From assembly GCA_965644295.1 (NCBI GenBank), contig CBFFRP010000025.1, positions 138,978-202,977 of the forward strand: 64,000 nucleotides of DNA. The letters are read 5' to 3'. The notes beneath the pieces were generated by a model that worked only from the letters and a program-made list of their open reading frames with translations, made no database searches and was not told where the DNA came from. Source of the stretch: Paraphysomonas bandaiensis. Its lineage: Eukaryota; Protista; Chrysophyceae. This document shows positions 1 to 11,869 of this stretch, one piece after another. Each line of letters starts with the position of its first letter. The first letter of the stretch is position 1. The position numbers were made by a program, and so were the translations under genes.

Positions 1-458
1 GAAGCACGAACAACAAACAGGCTGTGAGTATACGAATATACGGAGTGCTTGTGAGACTTTCACTTCTAAAGACTTCGAAGTACTTGAGTTTCATGTGTAT
101 CACATAGCAGCACAGTATTCCTCAATACTCTATACTGGATGCTGTATATGTTACTGACGTAGAATCTGTGTGTGGGATTCGCAGAAATCTTTCCGGAAGT
201 GTGATGTGGAATACTGATTATAGTGGAGTTTTTATTGAGTAAACCACAGTTTACAGACATAAAATGGAGGATTTTGAGGTTTCGAGGGCCCATTCTACAC
301 TGCAGCAGTGTACGAGGGCGGTGTGTATGTTCGGTGAAGAAGTGAAGAGCTCTCATGCATTGCAGAGAACGAAGTCATTACCAGCTCGCTGGTGTGTAGA
401 CTGCATGGTTGCTGTCGCGTTGGTAATACACAGTTTATTATCTTTAGTTTACGTCGCA

Positions 459-2204
459 ATGGCATCGAAACATGTATCAAAACCACTAGATGTAGTGTCA
501 AGATACCACATTGAAACAAAGCATCATTTCAATCGACACAGCCGATCGCTTGGGTACTTGGATTGGGCAACGCAGCCTTCTCCGTGGCGAAGATATACTA
601 ATGCTAAGCTTGTAGAGCTACCGTTTTCATACAATGAAGATAGGTCTCCGCCGTATCATCAGCTATATACAAGAAGATCACTGTCCCCTCAACCGCTATC
701 TATCTCCACAATGTCTAAATTCCTTGAACTTGCACTTGGGCTCACTTCATGGAAGAAAGCTGGACAGTCAATGTGGGCTTTGCGCAGTAACCCATCGTCT
801 GGCAATCTCCATCCGACAGAAGGGTATGTAATTCTTCCGAGTTCTTCTTTTGCCGATGCCGGGCTTTACCACTATGCCCCTAAGGAACATGGACTTGAAC
901 TACGTGCAAAATTCAATCATGAAGATGTTATACAACTTCTATCCAGTTTTCCAGCAGGGGCGTTTATTATGGGGCTTACGTCTGTTCACTGGAGAGAGGC
1001 TTGGAAGTATGGAGAACGGGCCTTTCGTTACTGTAATCACGACGTCGGGCATGCCATTGCTTCCATACGTTTGTCAGCTGCAAGTTTCGGGTGGAAAGCG
1101 CTGATTTTAGATAGCAATAGTGAATTTGACGTAGGGAAATTACTGGGAACCTCAAGAGCACAGGACTACTACAATGATGAAAGAGATCACCCAGATTGTC
1201 TGATGGTTGTGTGGCCAATGCAATCTGAGAGGGACAGTGTGGCTCTTCCCCTACATTTAAGCTCGGCTGCAGTAGACAGCGTAATTGATGGTGCAGTGTG
1301 GTCGGGAATGACTAATCGTCTGAGCCGGAAGCACGAGATCGACTGGGACATTATAGAAGACGTAGCTCTGGCCACCAGCAAAAATACATCTGATCATTCT
1401 TTTCATACCACTCCTCTGTCTGTGAGAAAAGATGACGTCGCATCAGAACAATGTGATAGAAATGAGTCTTCCCAAACCGCTGCTAAGATTTTTAGACAGA
1501 GAAGAAGTGCAGTAAACTTTGACGGCCGGTCCTATATGCCTTTCGAAACATTTTGCAGAATTTTGTATCGCGCTTTACCTAGCGATGAATTACCCGTATG
1601 GGATGTATGGCCTTACCGCCCCACCGTCCACTTGGCGATATTTGTGCACAGAGTACATGGGCTTCAGCCTGGACTCTATTTTTTGCCCCGTGGCAACGGA
1701 TCTATTGAGGAAATCATGGCAGCAATGTCGTCACGTTCGTTTGAATGGTCCTCTGTATCGACTCCGCCCGATAACGAACTCCCTCTCTATCGACTTCACA
1801 CAGGGGATCTACGTGGCCTAGCGAAACGAGTTAGTTGTAACCAAGATATCGCAGCAGATAGCGCATTTTCCCTTGGAATGATTGCTGAATTCTCATCGCA
1901 CTTGGAGTTAAAAGGACCATGGTGGTATAAACGTATGTTTTGGTAAGTATTCCCGACATAATAAAAAAGATTCACTTTCGTTTTATGCAGGGAGGCTGGA
2001 ATTATTGGTCACATGCTGTACGTTGAATCCGAGGCGATGGGATTTAGGTCAACAGGAATTGGGTGCTTTTACGATGACGCTGTGCATGATATACTGGGGC
2101 TGTCAGATTTAAGTTATCAGTCATTATATCATTTTACAGTAGGCGTTCCAGTGGAAGATACAAGGGTAATGTCGCTACCACCTTATCATCATTTAAGTCG
2201 GTAG
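459..2204 (+). CDS. SagB/ThcOx-family (two-domain nitroreductase-like) FMN-dependent oxidoreductase; 2 exons (459-1942, 1991-2204)
   Basis: Motifs YHxxTKH, LDWATQP, LRSNPSSGNLHPTEGY, REAWKYGERAFRYCNHDVGHA, RQRRSAV. The GT..AG intron 1943-1990 restores FWEAGIIGHMLYVESEAMGFRSTGIGCFYDD. ATG 459 is the likely start. Confidence 0.88.
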
Positions 2205-2953
2205 TCCACTGTACACTTTATTAGTATCTTGTGTATTATACATCATTTGCTTAGTATATACAAGTACGTATACTAAATAATCTCTCCAGTATTATTGATC
2301 TAGAATATTCGTAGCACTCCAATATGTGAGATATAAATTGCTAGAAATAGTAGAGACCATTGCGTGAAAAGAAGCTTGACTATACAGTCGAAAGCGGACT
2401 ACCAATTAAAACTGGCCTCGTTGCAATATTCTTGTGTTGTTATTAACCCTATGTTGCTGAAATATTGCTGCAAGCTACAATGAATATACCCAGACACAGT
2501 TGCTTTGTACAACAAGGGACCTTCTCTAATATTAAGAAGCACCTTGAAAGGACTCTCTTTAGGTAACGTCATATCAGCAGACAGCTAATCTTCATAACTA
2601 ACTTCTAATCGGACTATAGACGATGCAATATCTTTCCCTCTCTTCTCATTGTGTGAGTGTCCATTGCAGCTGAGAGTGTATTATTGGGACAAACGGACCA
2701 ACGTATTGATGGAATACAAAGAGTACGTAGTGTCAGAAATACGGTTGACATACTAGTAGTCTCCTGTAGTCTGCTCTGTGTGTGGCTGTTGGAAAATCTG
2801 ATGAGTGACGTATAGAGCCCATGTCCATATGTATGGATACTCCTCAGTTACATGTCTAGATGAGGGAACATCATGCACGTCGCTGTTCTCTTGTAGTGTG
2901 GTCTCAAATAACTATCACTTCTAACTTATTCAAGCATCTGACAGATAAAAATA

Positions 2954-3544
2954 ATGGTTTTCAGGATTGTTGGCGCCGTGTTAGTGTCTCTCTCTCTGGT
3001 GAGTGCTGTGGATATCAGCCAAGAGACTGCAGGGAACGCATGGGAATTTAAATCCGATGGTGTGATTCTGGAGGGACTAAACTCCTCATCGACATCTTAT
3101 GGGTGGACGGAGTACAAGCAATGTGACAGTCGTTGGGCTAATGAGCAGCTAGGAACTTGCTCTGGTACCACCATTTGCTCTGCTGGATGTGCCATGACAT
3201 CCGTTGCTATGATACTTCACACTAAGGGATCAGGCAAGGACCCTTCTTCCTTAAACAAGTGGCTCAAGAATAATGGTGGCTATTCTGGTGGATGCAACAT
3301 ATACTGGGGAAGTGTTGATGCCCTTGGCTACACCACGTTTATGGGAAAGCAAAAGGCTTCTGAGTCAGAGATATGCAATGGGCTCGCCAAAGGGCACGGC
3401 ATTGTGGCCAACGTGCACGGTGGATCTCACTGGGTACTACTAACTGCCTGTAAGGGCAACGGTGTCTACTATGTCAACGACCCCGGGTACAGCACCACTA
3501 CATATAAGCACTCTGATATATTGGAGGAGGCCGTATATCATTAA
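2954..3544 (+). CDS. Secreted papain-fold C39-like peptidase (Peptidase_C39_2-like)
   Basis: Signal peptide MVFRIVGAVLVSLSLVSA; YKQCDSRW, GCAMTSVAM (Cys), HWVLL (His), VNDPG (Asp); intronless. Confidence 0.8.
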   Translation: MVFRIVGAVLVSLSLVSAVDISQETAGNAWEFKSDGVILEGLNSSSTSYGWTEYKQCDSRWANEQLGTCSGTTICSAGCAMTSVAMILHTKGSGKDPSSLNKWLKNNGGYSGGCNIYWGSVDALGYTTFMGKQKASESEICNGLAKGHGIVANVHGGSHWVLLTACKGNGVYYVNDPGYSTTTYKHSDILEEAVYH

Positions 3545-3954
3545 GTGCTTAAAATATAATGTATGCTTTCCAGCGCTGCGGTTATTGAATGAACTCATAT
3601 TGACTGATACAAGAGTGAAGTTCTCCACTATATATTAATACTATGCTATTATTGAGGAGTCTTTAGTTGCGCCACGTCATATGCTTGTTTTATCACACCA
3701 TGGCGATTGATTGCATCCTCCATGACGCTGAAGTTCCATGTATCGAAAAACTGAAACTGGATGTCTGCATTTGATCCGTTTATGTCATCAATAATAATAT
3801 ATTGTGTTTTTTTGTTACCTTTATTTTCTACAGTTTTAGGAATGTGGGGAGAAGTTGTCCTTTTCGATTTGTGGATGTGGATAGATCTTGTGAATTAGAT
3901 CTGCTGTTAGAGCTGTAGTTCTAAGGTACTGGAATTATGACCGTTAGTCGAAGA

Positions 3955-4211
3955 ATACAGTAGTGGTTAACAGTATTATGAGAAGTAACAACATGATGGC
4001 TACTGTAGTAATGAAACTGAATATAAGATAGTGATCATACAAGATAGTGACGATGTAGGATCGTACGAGAAATGATTGGTCGTAGAGAGTAGAGATAACA
4101 TGAAATTGATGAATGAGAAGAGATATTGATTATAATTTTATAATAAGCTTAATGAGCGAATACACGTCCAGTTAACTTAGTAAATCATCCAATTGCGTCA
4201 TAACTTGACAG
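3955..4211. repeat. Dispersed repeat, copy 1 (copy 2 at about 46994-47253)
   Basis: About 255 bp alignable by eye from 'tagtggttaacagtattatgaga' to 'cataacttgacag' in both copies, same orientation. Confidence 0.8.
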
Positions 4212-4679
4212 AAACTAATACACAATCGTAACCAACATCTATCATACAAGATCAACAACAAGTAGAAGAGCACATACATGAATTAATACCAGGGATGTTT
4301 ATAAATTATACCAGGGAAGGAACTAAGTGCATTGTATTTATAGTATATACTCTTTGGTATTCAAACAAGTAACACGAACAACAATATGCAATATGTAGAG
4401 CTATGATAGAGTGATAGAGGATAGAGCGCTAAAAGATTTTTTAGTGTCCATAGTAAAACAATTATCCTTATTGCCTGTATCGAAAATTTGGAGTTTATAA
4501 CTTCTCCTTACAGTTAAAACATCTTTAATACAATAATTTTACACGGGTATTGAAGAATGGCAGTTGGCATTCAAGACGTCACAAATACATTTCAGCATGA
4601 TTCATAGTTTACATCAACACCTGATATTACTAGCTAGTTATGTTATTTACAATAAATCCAGTGCAAGAGAAAATAAAGC

Positions 4680-6029
4680 CTATGAAACTTGCCCTTTTTC
4701 CTCATCGATGGGGTCGTAAACCATCGCCAGACTGATGCCCCAATTACAGACTAGACAAGAGCAACATGGCTTCCTCTTTATGCTCTCGACCTGATCAACG
4801 TCACGGACAAACTGCCCGTTTCCATCTATATTCCCACTTTCCTCCGATGCTGCAGTTTCAGAATGAAGAGGTGACACCGTTGTTCCATTAGAATTAAACT
4901 TCGTCCCCGTAGAATGAGCGTCGATCTGTGGTAAACTCCCTGGGATGGAATGCTCCACCACTACTGCATGTAGTTTTTGTAAGGCCTCTCGCTCTTCTTT
5001 CAGTCGAAGTGCCTCCGCCTCCTGTTCTGCCAAAGCCTTTTGTCTTGCCACTTCCGCTTGCTCAATTTTTTCCTGTAGCTTGGTCAACTCCTCGGTCTCA
5101 GCTTGTATACTGGCAAGAATTTCCCGTTCCATCAGCAATCTCTCCGTTGGAACCTTGTCCGGATTCTTGCTCTCTCCACTTACCAAAGAGTCCGTGAAAG
5201 TGAGTCCAGATGCAATAGTAGAGTCATCTTTCTCTGGACTATTGGCCTGGGGCTCAGTCAACGTGCCTTCCATCTGTCCAATGCTGCTGCTACTCGATGC
5301 GATACCGCTTCGCGATGAAAGTACACTATATCTACGCAAGAGCTGCACATCTTCATCTTTCATAAACAGCCACGTTTTGAATTCACGAGCAGTCACGACA
5401 CCATCACAATTAGAATCCATCGTCGTGAGTATACTATCAACAGTAGCGCGCGGTAGCTCTTCACCAAGTTCACACATTACCATGCGTGGTAAGGCCTTCC
5501 TCAGAGTACGCACACTGATCATGGATCCTCGAACTAGTGGTGCATTTACTTGTCTAGAAAATGCCTCTAATAGAAATAAATCGTCATTGGAAGACTTTGA
5601 GGATCGTGCTATAATTTTTCGTCCAATTGCATCAACAATAGTTTGGCGCACTAACTGTGCGACAAAATCTAAGTCTCGGTTACTGCATTCGTTCGGCCAC
5701 AAAAACTCACAAAGATATGAATAAGATACGGATCCAGTACGATTTATGTCAACTTGTTGAAGTAAAAGGGAAATAAATTTCGCAGCATTGATTTTAACAT
5801 CTTCTTCTACTATAAACGGGGACAAATTCAGACTAGTAAGAAATTTTTTCAACTCAGCTGTCGTTATTACACAGCTATCGCCCTCACTTTTCTTCGGGAA
5901 TATCGAGCGCAGATATTCTCGATGACTTACAGTCATACTGTCTCTTCTTGCTAACAAAGCGCGACGAAATACTCGAGCAAACACAGAGTGAGATGATCTC
6001 GTATCAGATGCATGCTCACGAACCGACAT
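4680..6029 (-). CDS. EF-hand protein with coiled coil and Cys-rich C-terminus
   Basis: EF-hand-like loops DINRTGSVSYSYL and DSNCDGVVTAREF; E/Q/K-rich heptad segment; 449-aa ORF. Confidence 0.7.
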   Translation of the reverse strand: MSVREHASDTRSSHSVFARVFRRALLARRDSMTVSHREYLRSIFPKKSEGDSCVITTAELKKFLTSLNLSPFIVEEDVKINAAKFISLLLQQVDINRTGSVSYSYLCEFLWPNECSNRDLDFVAQLVRQTIVDAIGRKIIARSSKSSNDDLFLLEAFSRQVNAPLVRGSMISVRTLRKALPRMVMCELGEELPRATVDSILTTMDSNCDGVVTAREFKTWLFMKDEDVQLLRRYSVLSSRSGIASSSSSIGQMEGTLTEPQANSPEKDDSTIASGLTFTDSLVSGESKNPDKVPTERLLMEREILASIQAETEELTKLQEKIEQAEVARQKALAEQEAEALRLKEEREALQKLHAVVVEHSIPGSLPQIDAHSTGTKFNSNGTTVSPLHSETAASEESGNIDGNGQFVRDVDQVESIKRKPCCSCLVCNWGISLAMVYDPIDEEKGQVS

Positions 6030-6828
6030 GCCCCCCCTACCCTCGCCAAAACACTATCTAAGTGCTGCAATTTCAATGATTTTGTGCCCTCTAATAGACG
6101 CAGTAGCTCTAGGTATCACTGGAAGAGGAGGTGGAATGATATTAATCGAGTAAACGGAATATATATGCATGCCATTGACGTTAAACATGGCAAGAAGAGT
6201 TGCAAGGTGAGGTGATGATTTCAACGTTTAGTGATAAAACCCCAAATATGCAGATATAAATCGGTGGTTTTATGTAGATAGTGGAAATACTAGTCGAAAA
6301 TTCAATTCTTCGTGTCAGAAACGGAATATAAGAACAATGCGACTGGTAGAGTCTAGAAAGCAGCTGTATTGAAGCATATACTGCTGTACATCAGTCCGTA
6401 CAGTCACACAGTCATACTGTCATACAGTCATACTGTCCATTTTAGCAGTGGACGAAATCTGCGAATTGGACAATTCTTCAGTGAGGTGCCGTACACACAC
6501 CTCTAGACGCACCTGTGCATATATGTAGCTATATGGTATACCCATCCACGTGTATGTCCCCATGAACAGAATACTATTCGATTAGGGTTAGAGCAGCTCT
6601 TGTTGTTCCATGGTATATGAAACGTCTCCACTGCAAAGCTCATCCCACGTGGCAGGTGTTGCAGCTATAGATCAGCAGCGTTACTGTGAAGCCCATCACT
6701 ATCACATCATGCTACTAGTGTACTTTACTCGTGTACGTATGAGACACCAGCTCGACATGCATTAGAATGAAGCAAACATATCGGGAAGGAGCCTGTACGC
6801 TTCTCGACAGACTGACAGTTTTTACGTT

Positions 6829-8137
6829 GACAGAATGACGCGTATGAACGAATGCTTATGCTTAGCTCAAAGTAGGATACATCACTGACACTATCTACAT
6901 GTAGATATGATTCTTATTCATGAAGGCGCTGTTAGGGAAAGTTACGCTATGTAATCATTGCTGCCAGTAGTTACTTATACTTCTAATATATTTTTAAGGG
7001 GTAGTGTACATTGTACATTGTATTCTTCTGACAACAGCATCACTAGAACTTCACTGCGCACACACACCTTACGCTCCACCTCCTCGAAAACCTCCGGACA
7101 AGCTATCTCCTCTCCTTTCGTCTCTGATACTTTGCCATCACCTCTCTTCCACACACCCTATACCTCAGCCTGTACCCCATGCACTATCACAGAGACCAAG
7201 AGCAGCCGAGAACGTCCTAGTCTCTCCTCACAATAATGCCCATCTTGTGCATAGATCTATCAGAGTACTTGACCTTGGTGACCCTTGTTCTGTTGCGTAG
7301 TCCTACATTCCTCAATCAGATATTGGAGTCCTCTGTTGCTGGATACACCGGAGAACCCTCGTATCCCACCTATGTCCAACTACACACTCTCTTCCATGTT
7401 GTGTTTCTGCTACTGGCTAATAGAGCAAAAGAGCCGCTTTCGACGCTTTTTCAAGACCTTCATCCTTATACCTCCGAGCCACTTGGCACAATGCAAAAGG
7501 GAAGGCCACCAGGTCGCCGAACTCAGATGGGTATATTGCTGCTTCCCCAGGTTGATGTGACGAACATAAAGCAGTCCCAGATGCAAATTTTATGCAATGT
7601 GTGTGTAGTCTTAAGCGTTACAGTGTGGTAGTAGTTGACTTAGATCACTCACTGCTTTTGTCATGCTGTACGTTGTACAACGTCTCTACATACACATCTA
7701 TCATAAGATAGCGAAAATGGTCGCACATTGGTGCTTGCGGCGATGCACAGGCAATTCTCGTAGCGTTAAATAGAAGGATATAAGAGTTTTACACTAGTTA
7801 GTAATAGGTAGATGCTTATCTACTTCTATAGCTTGACTAGTTTTCATCTAGCTACTAAGCTGTAAGCTGGTGCAGATTTTTAACGCCAATAGCTAATAAT
7901 ATGACTTTCAATACACCGACAGAATGACGCGTATGAACGAATGCTTATGCTTAGCTCAAAGTAGGATACATCATTGACACTATCTATATGTAGATATGAT
8001 TCTTATTCATGAAGGCGCTGTTAGGAAAAGTTACGCTATGTAATCGTTGTTGCCAGGAGTTACTTATACTTCTAATATATTTTTAAGGGGTAGTGTACAT
8101 TGTATTCTTCTGACAACAGCATCACTAGAACTTCACT
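6829..8137 (+). repeat. Pair of ~225-bp direct repeats (6829-7055, 7918-8137), each containing a Gypsy-like PPT/LTR junction; probable LTR-element relic
   Basis: Near-identical copies starting 'gacagaatgacgcgtatgaacg'; both contain 'ttttaaggggtag|tgt'. Confidence 0.7.
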
Positions 8138-8416
8138 ACATTGTGAAGTTCGTACACAGCTGTTAGTATCACGAAGACATAGTTCCGATTTCTTTACAAG
8201 AGATGAAAGTTACTAAAATTTATTGCATACTCCAGTAGTGTTGTTTCAAGCATATACCAATATGAGCACGTTATATAACTACTTCCGATAAACACTTAGA
8301 AATGAAAGTAGTGATGCAATGAATGTAGATATAACTGCGTACAAAGAGAACGCAACTGAAATCACTCGAAACAATACCCGTCTCGGTACAAAGATCAAAA
8401 CAACCAACTGCTTCTG

Positions 8417-10183
8417 TTACATTGCACTATCAGAGTCCTCTGCGTCGTCAAACAGAGCCCTATTATTAATCATATGTCGTACTTGTGTGAGGGGTTCATT
8501 TATTCGTTCATAATAGGGGTGTGACTTCCCAACGCTTTGTGCCACCATGTCAAGAGCTTCAGAATACTCACGCTCAGCCTCACTTAGAGCACCAGACATC
8601 ATATGTACCCTGGCAAGATTGCTCTTTACAACAGCAATGTCACCTGGCCCAGATCCTAGAGCTGAACGAATAGCAATGGAACGAACAAAGCAGTCCCGAG
8701 CCAAATTGAACTCTTCCCGAGAAGTGTATATGCTGCCAAGATTATTGAGGGCTATCGCCACATCCTTGTTAATAAGTAAAGCTTCTCCAGTTATAGGATC
8801 CACAACTTCCACCTCTTCTGCCCCTCCCCTTTCTTCTTCATCCACATATTCGTCAAAATCTTCGTCTCTTGTGTCGTCTTCTCCTTTATTCGCCATTGCA
8901 TCAGCTCGGGCGGCTATCTCATCGCGCGCCATTGCTTCCGCGATACTTACCAGCTGCTCAAACATTAATACAGTTTCATCATCTGTGCGTTGATTCTGAA
9001 AACGCATGTGCGCAAGTGATTGGATTGACTGTGCGAGTTTAGCACGTGTATCTACTCCTCCTTGCTGGAATCTATTTGACTCATCACCCGTTTTCTTGCT
9101 GTCCAAAATATCCACAACCATCTGTCGGTATTTAATAGAAGCCAAGCGGTGTTTTTCAACATGTTCAATGGGATTCGATATCTCTTCGTAATTACTTTCT
9201 GTTTCGGTTTCTTCGTACTCATCAAACTCGGGAGAAGTGTCCCATCTTTTACCTAGTAGTCCCTGTCCAGTTTCTTGTTCCTCCATCTCACGGTGCCAAA
9301 TAGAAGCAAGGATATGGTGAATTTCACCTAGTGCAATGGCCGCATCTAGTTCCGCTTCAGATATCTCTTTCTCCCAGGCGTCGATATCCAACGTTTCACC
9401 ATCATCAGACTGCTGAGAGAGCTTCGCCGCTACCTCCTGTCGCTCAGTGGCAGTCTCTTGCAATGCCTCTTCGAGCCACTCCTTGTACTGATCGCATCTT
9501 AGCATCGCAGCCTCTACATCGCCCATCTGCAGATACAACGATATTATGTTTATCCCTACAGACACAGTGTCGGGGTGGGTGGATCCGAGGTTGGTATTAA
9601 ATATGGTCTCGATATGCGACAAGTGCATTATACTGTCCCGCATTTGTCCAAGCTCTGCATATGCCTGCGCTAAATACTTCAACGGCAAAACTGCTACAAG
9701 ACTAGATTGTCCCACAGCACTTCCCACAACGGACAAAGTCTGTTCAGCGATTTGGATAGTTTCCTTGAAATAACCAGCACTTAAATATGCCGAAGAAAGG
9801 TCATTAGCGGCCAAAATCAGTTCCTGGGCTGCTCCTTCTGCCGATACTTTATATTTCTCAATCGCAACACGGAGATTATTCGTTAATTCCACTATTTCCG
9901 AATGAGATTCAGCACCATGAATATCACTCGCCATCATATTCATATTCTCGACAGTATCGTCAGCACTGCCTCTAGGGTACGGGGCTTGACCTGAGCCCAG
10001 CTGTGAGGAGGTCTTGCTATTACCTGTAACCGCAAGCAGACATATTGCGACTATTGCAACTATGACACCAACCACTGGACGAATAAGAGGCAAAGTTAGA
10101 CGGTAATGCTACAGTCCTGTCCACTTACCTATATAGACACCGTTCGTCTGCTTCGGAGACTTCTTCGGGCTCTTTCTTGCCAT
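8417..10183 (-). CDS. Membrane-anchored TPR-repeat protein (kinesin-light-chain-type TPRs); 2 exons (10129-10183, 8417-10074)
   Basis: ATG 10183 gives MARKSPKKSPKQ..; the 54-nt GTAAGT..CAG intron 10075-10128 joins in frame to hydrophobic VVGVIVAIVAICLLAV; TPR motifs LGSTHPDTV, ALNNLGSIY, SNLARVH, VGKSHP. Confidence 0.8.
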
Positions 10184-11869
10184 CTGTAGAGAAGAACAAC
10201 TAGAGAAAACTATTGCGTTGAATAGGTGGGCACTTCAACAGAATCTGAGGGGTGTATCCGGCATATATATGCATATGTGATGAGTGCAGCTCTGTCATGC
10301 TGTTTGCGGCACATCCTCGTGCGTCTGTACCATCTAAAAACTGGCATTTCATAAATATCCATTTTCAAAAGCAGCATTTTCCTATAAAAAACAGGTTTAT
10401 GGAGGATTTCCCCCCTAAAAATCTGCGTATACTCAGAATTCATGCAGGATGCTAGGCGGTCCTTCTATTAGACTGTCTGTGTATCCATGAGCTCATAGCT
10501 AGTTCTTCATGCCATGCTGCTGGTTGTTGATTTAGCTGGTGAAAGGTATGGTTAAGTGGCAAGCTTACAGGAGAGTTCAGAGATAGCAGAGTGGATTCCA
10601 TGACCATGACTGTCGTATAACGCCAGCGGACTATACGATGGAGCGCATATGAATATATCCACATGCGGCCGGAGCTGACGATCACATGAGCTGCTAAGAC
10701 GAACCCCGCCTGTAACTCCACTGGAGTGCATAGCAAGAGGCATATATAACATGCGGCATGTATGTATGAAACTATGTGAGAAGAGCGACGGATTGAACCC
10801 TGCACTGTGCGATGAGACTCGCCCGTATATACACAGACACGCGAGTGACTTCAATCCGCTCTTCATAGCATTATGATCATATGTTTTGATGGTTCTTTCA
10901 GTTGTTGGGATAGTGCCTGTGTTGTATTATATTCACAGTGGAACTGAAAATATGGTGCATGATTGCAGTTAACAGCAACAAGTCCGCTGTGAAGTATCTA
11001 CAAATCAAATGATTTTTCAGTCTTTGTTTGCTGAAAAGAAAATGTATATTGTGTCTTAAATCGTTGTATGACTCCGTATTCAAACCTCAGCTACTGGACA
11101 GAGATATCTGGATGATAATATTTACTATTGACTACGCCATATAATACTTGGTCACTGGTATCGCCCACCTATCGTTAAACGAATTATTGATATGATAGAA
11201 AGTTCGTAATTAATAACATTAATTTCGCGATTTCAACCCCTGTACATACATTACACTCTACAATTATTATTCCATCTATAATAGGGTATTATTGGTACAA
11301 CACAAGGAGGGCCCTTAACTTATTCTTAATAACATAGTCAATAGCTACCTTAGTACGTGTGCCGTACAAGGATTGCTATTAAAAAAGGTGGTAAAAAAAA
11401 GGTGGAAACTATTGACACTATCAAATGATTCGTGTATATAGCAATATGCAATATTCAGTGAATATTTGTCCGGAATATTATTCACAACACGATAAAAGAA
11501 TGAGACATGCCACGGATTATAGTTGGTAGACACGGTGTAACATTCATCATGAAGCCACGAACTCTATATCTGAGCTTTTCACTTGCAAAAATTGTATGTT
11601 AATTTCTATATTTGATAACGTGCAATGCGTTTAGACAAATAATCATTACTTGATATTACCCACGAATGATACAGTTATAATCCATGTACATCTATAAGAT
11701 ATTGTAAATTATGTCGCATAATCTATATTTTCCTTGGCACTGATGCCTTTATATTATAAGCATCATATATTAAGGGATATTCAATATATAGTACCAAATA
11801 CTTAAATGGAGAAACAACACCTTTACGAGGAAAAAAAAGGGGAAACAATAAAACAGTCCACTAGAGAGG

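Noticed and set aside
264-458. N-terminal extension of the nitroreductase ORF
   Set aside because: Family similarity begins after Met 459; the extension is unsupported, although a targeting peptide cannot be excluded.
4945-5724. 259-aa + strand ORF and similar antisense ORFs over the TPR, nucleolin and pol genes
   Set aside because: Antisense to well-supported genes, with Ser-rich shadow composition.
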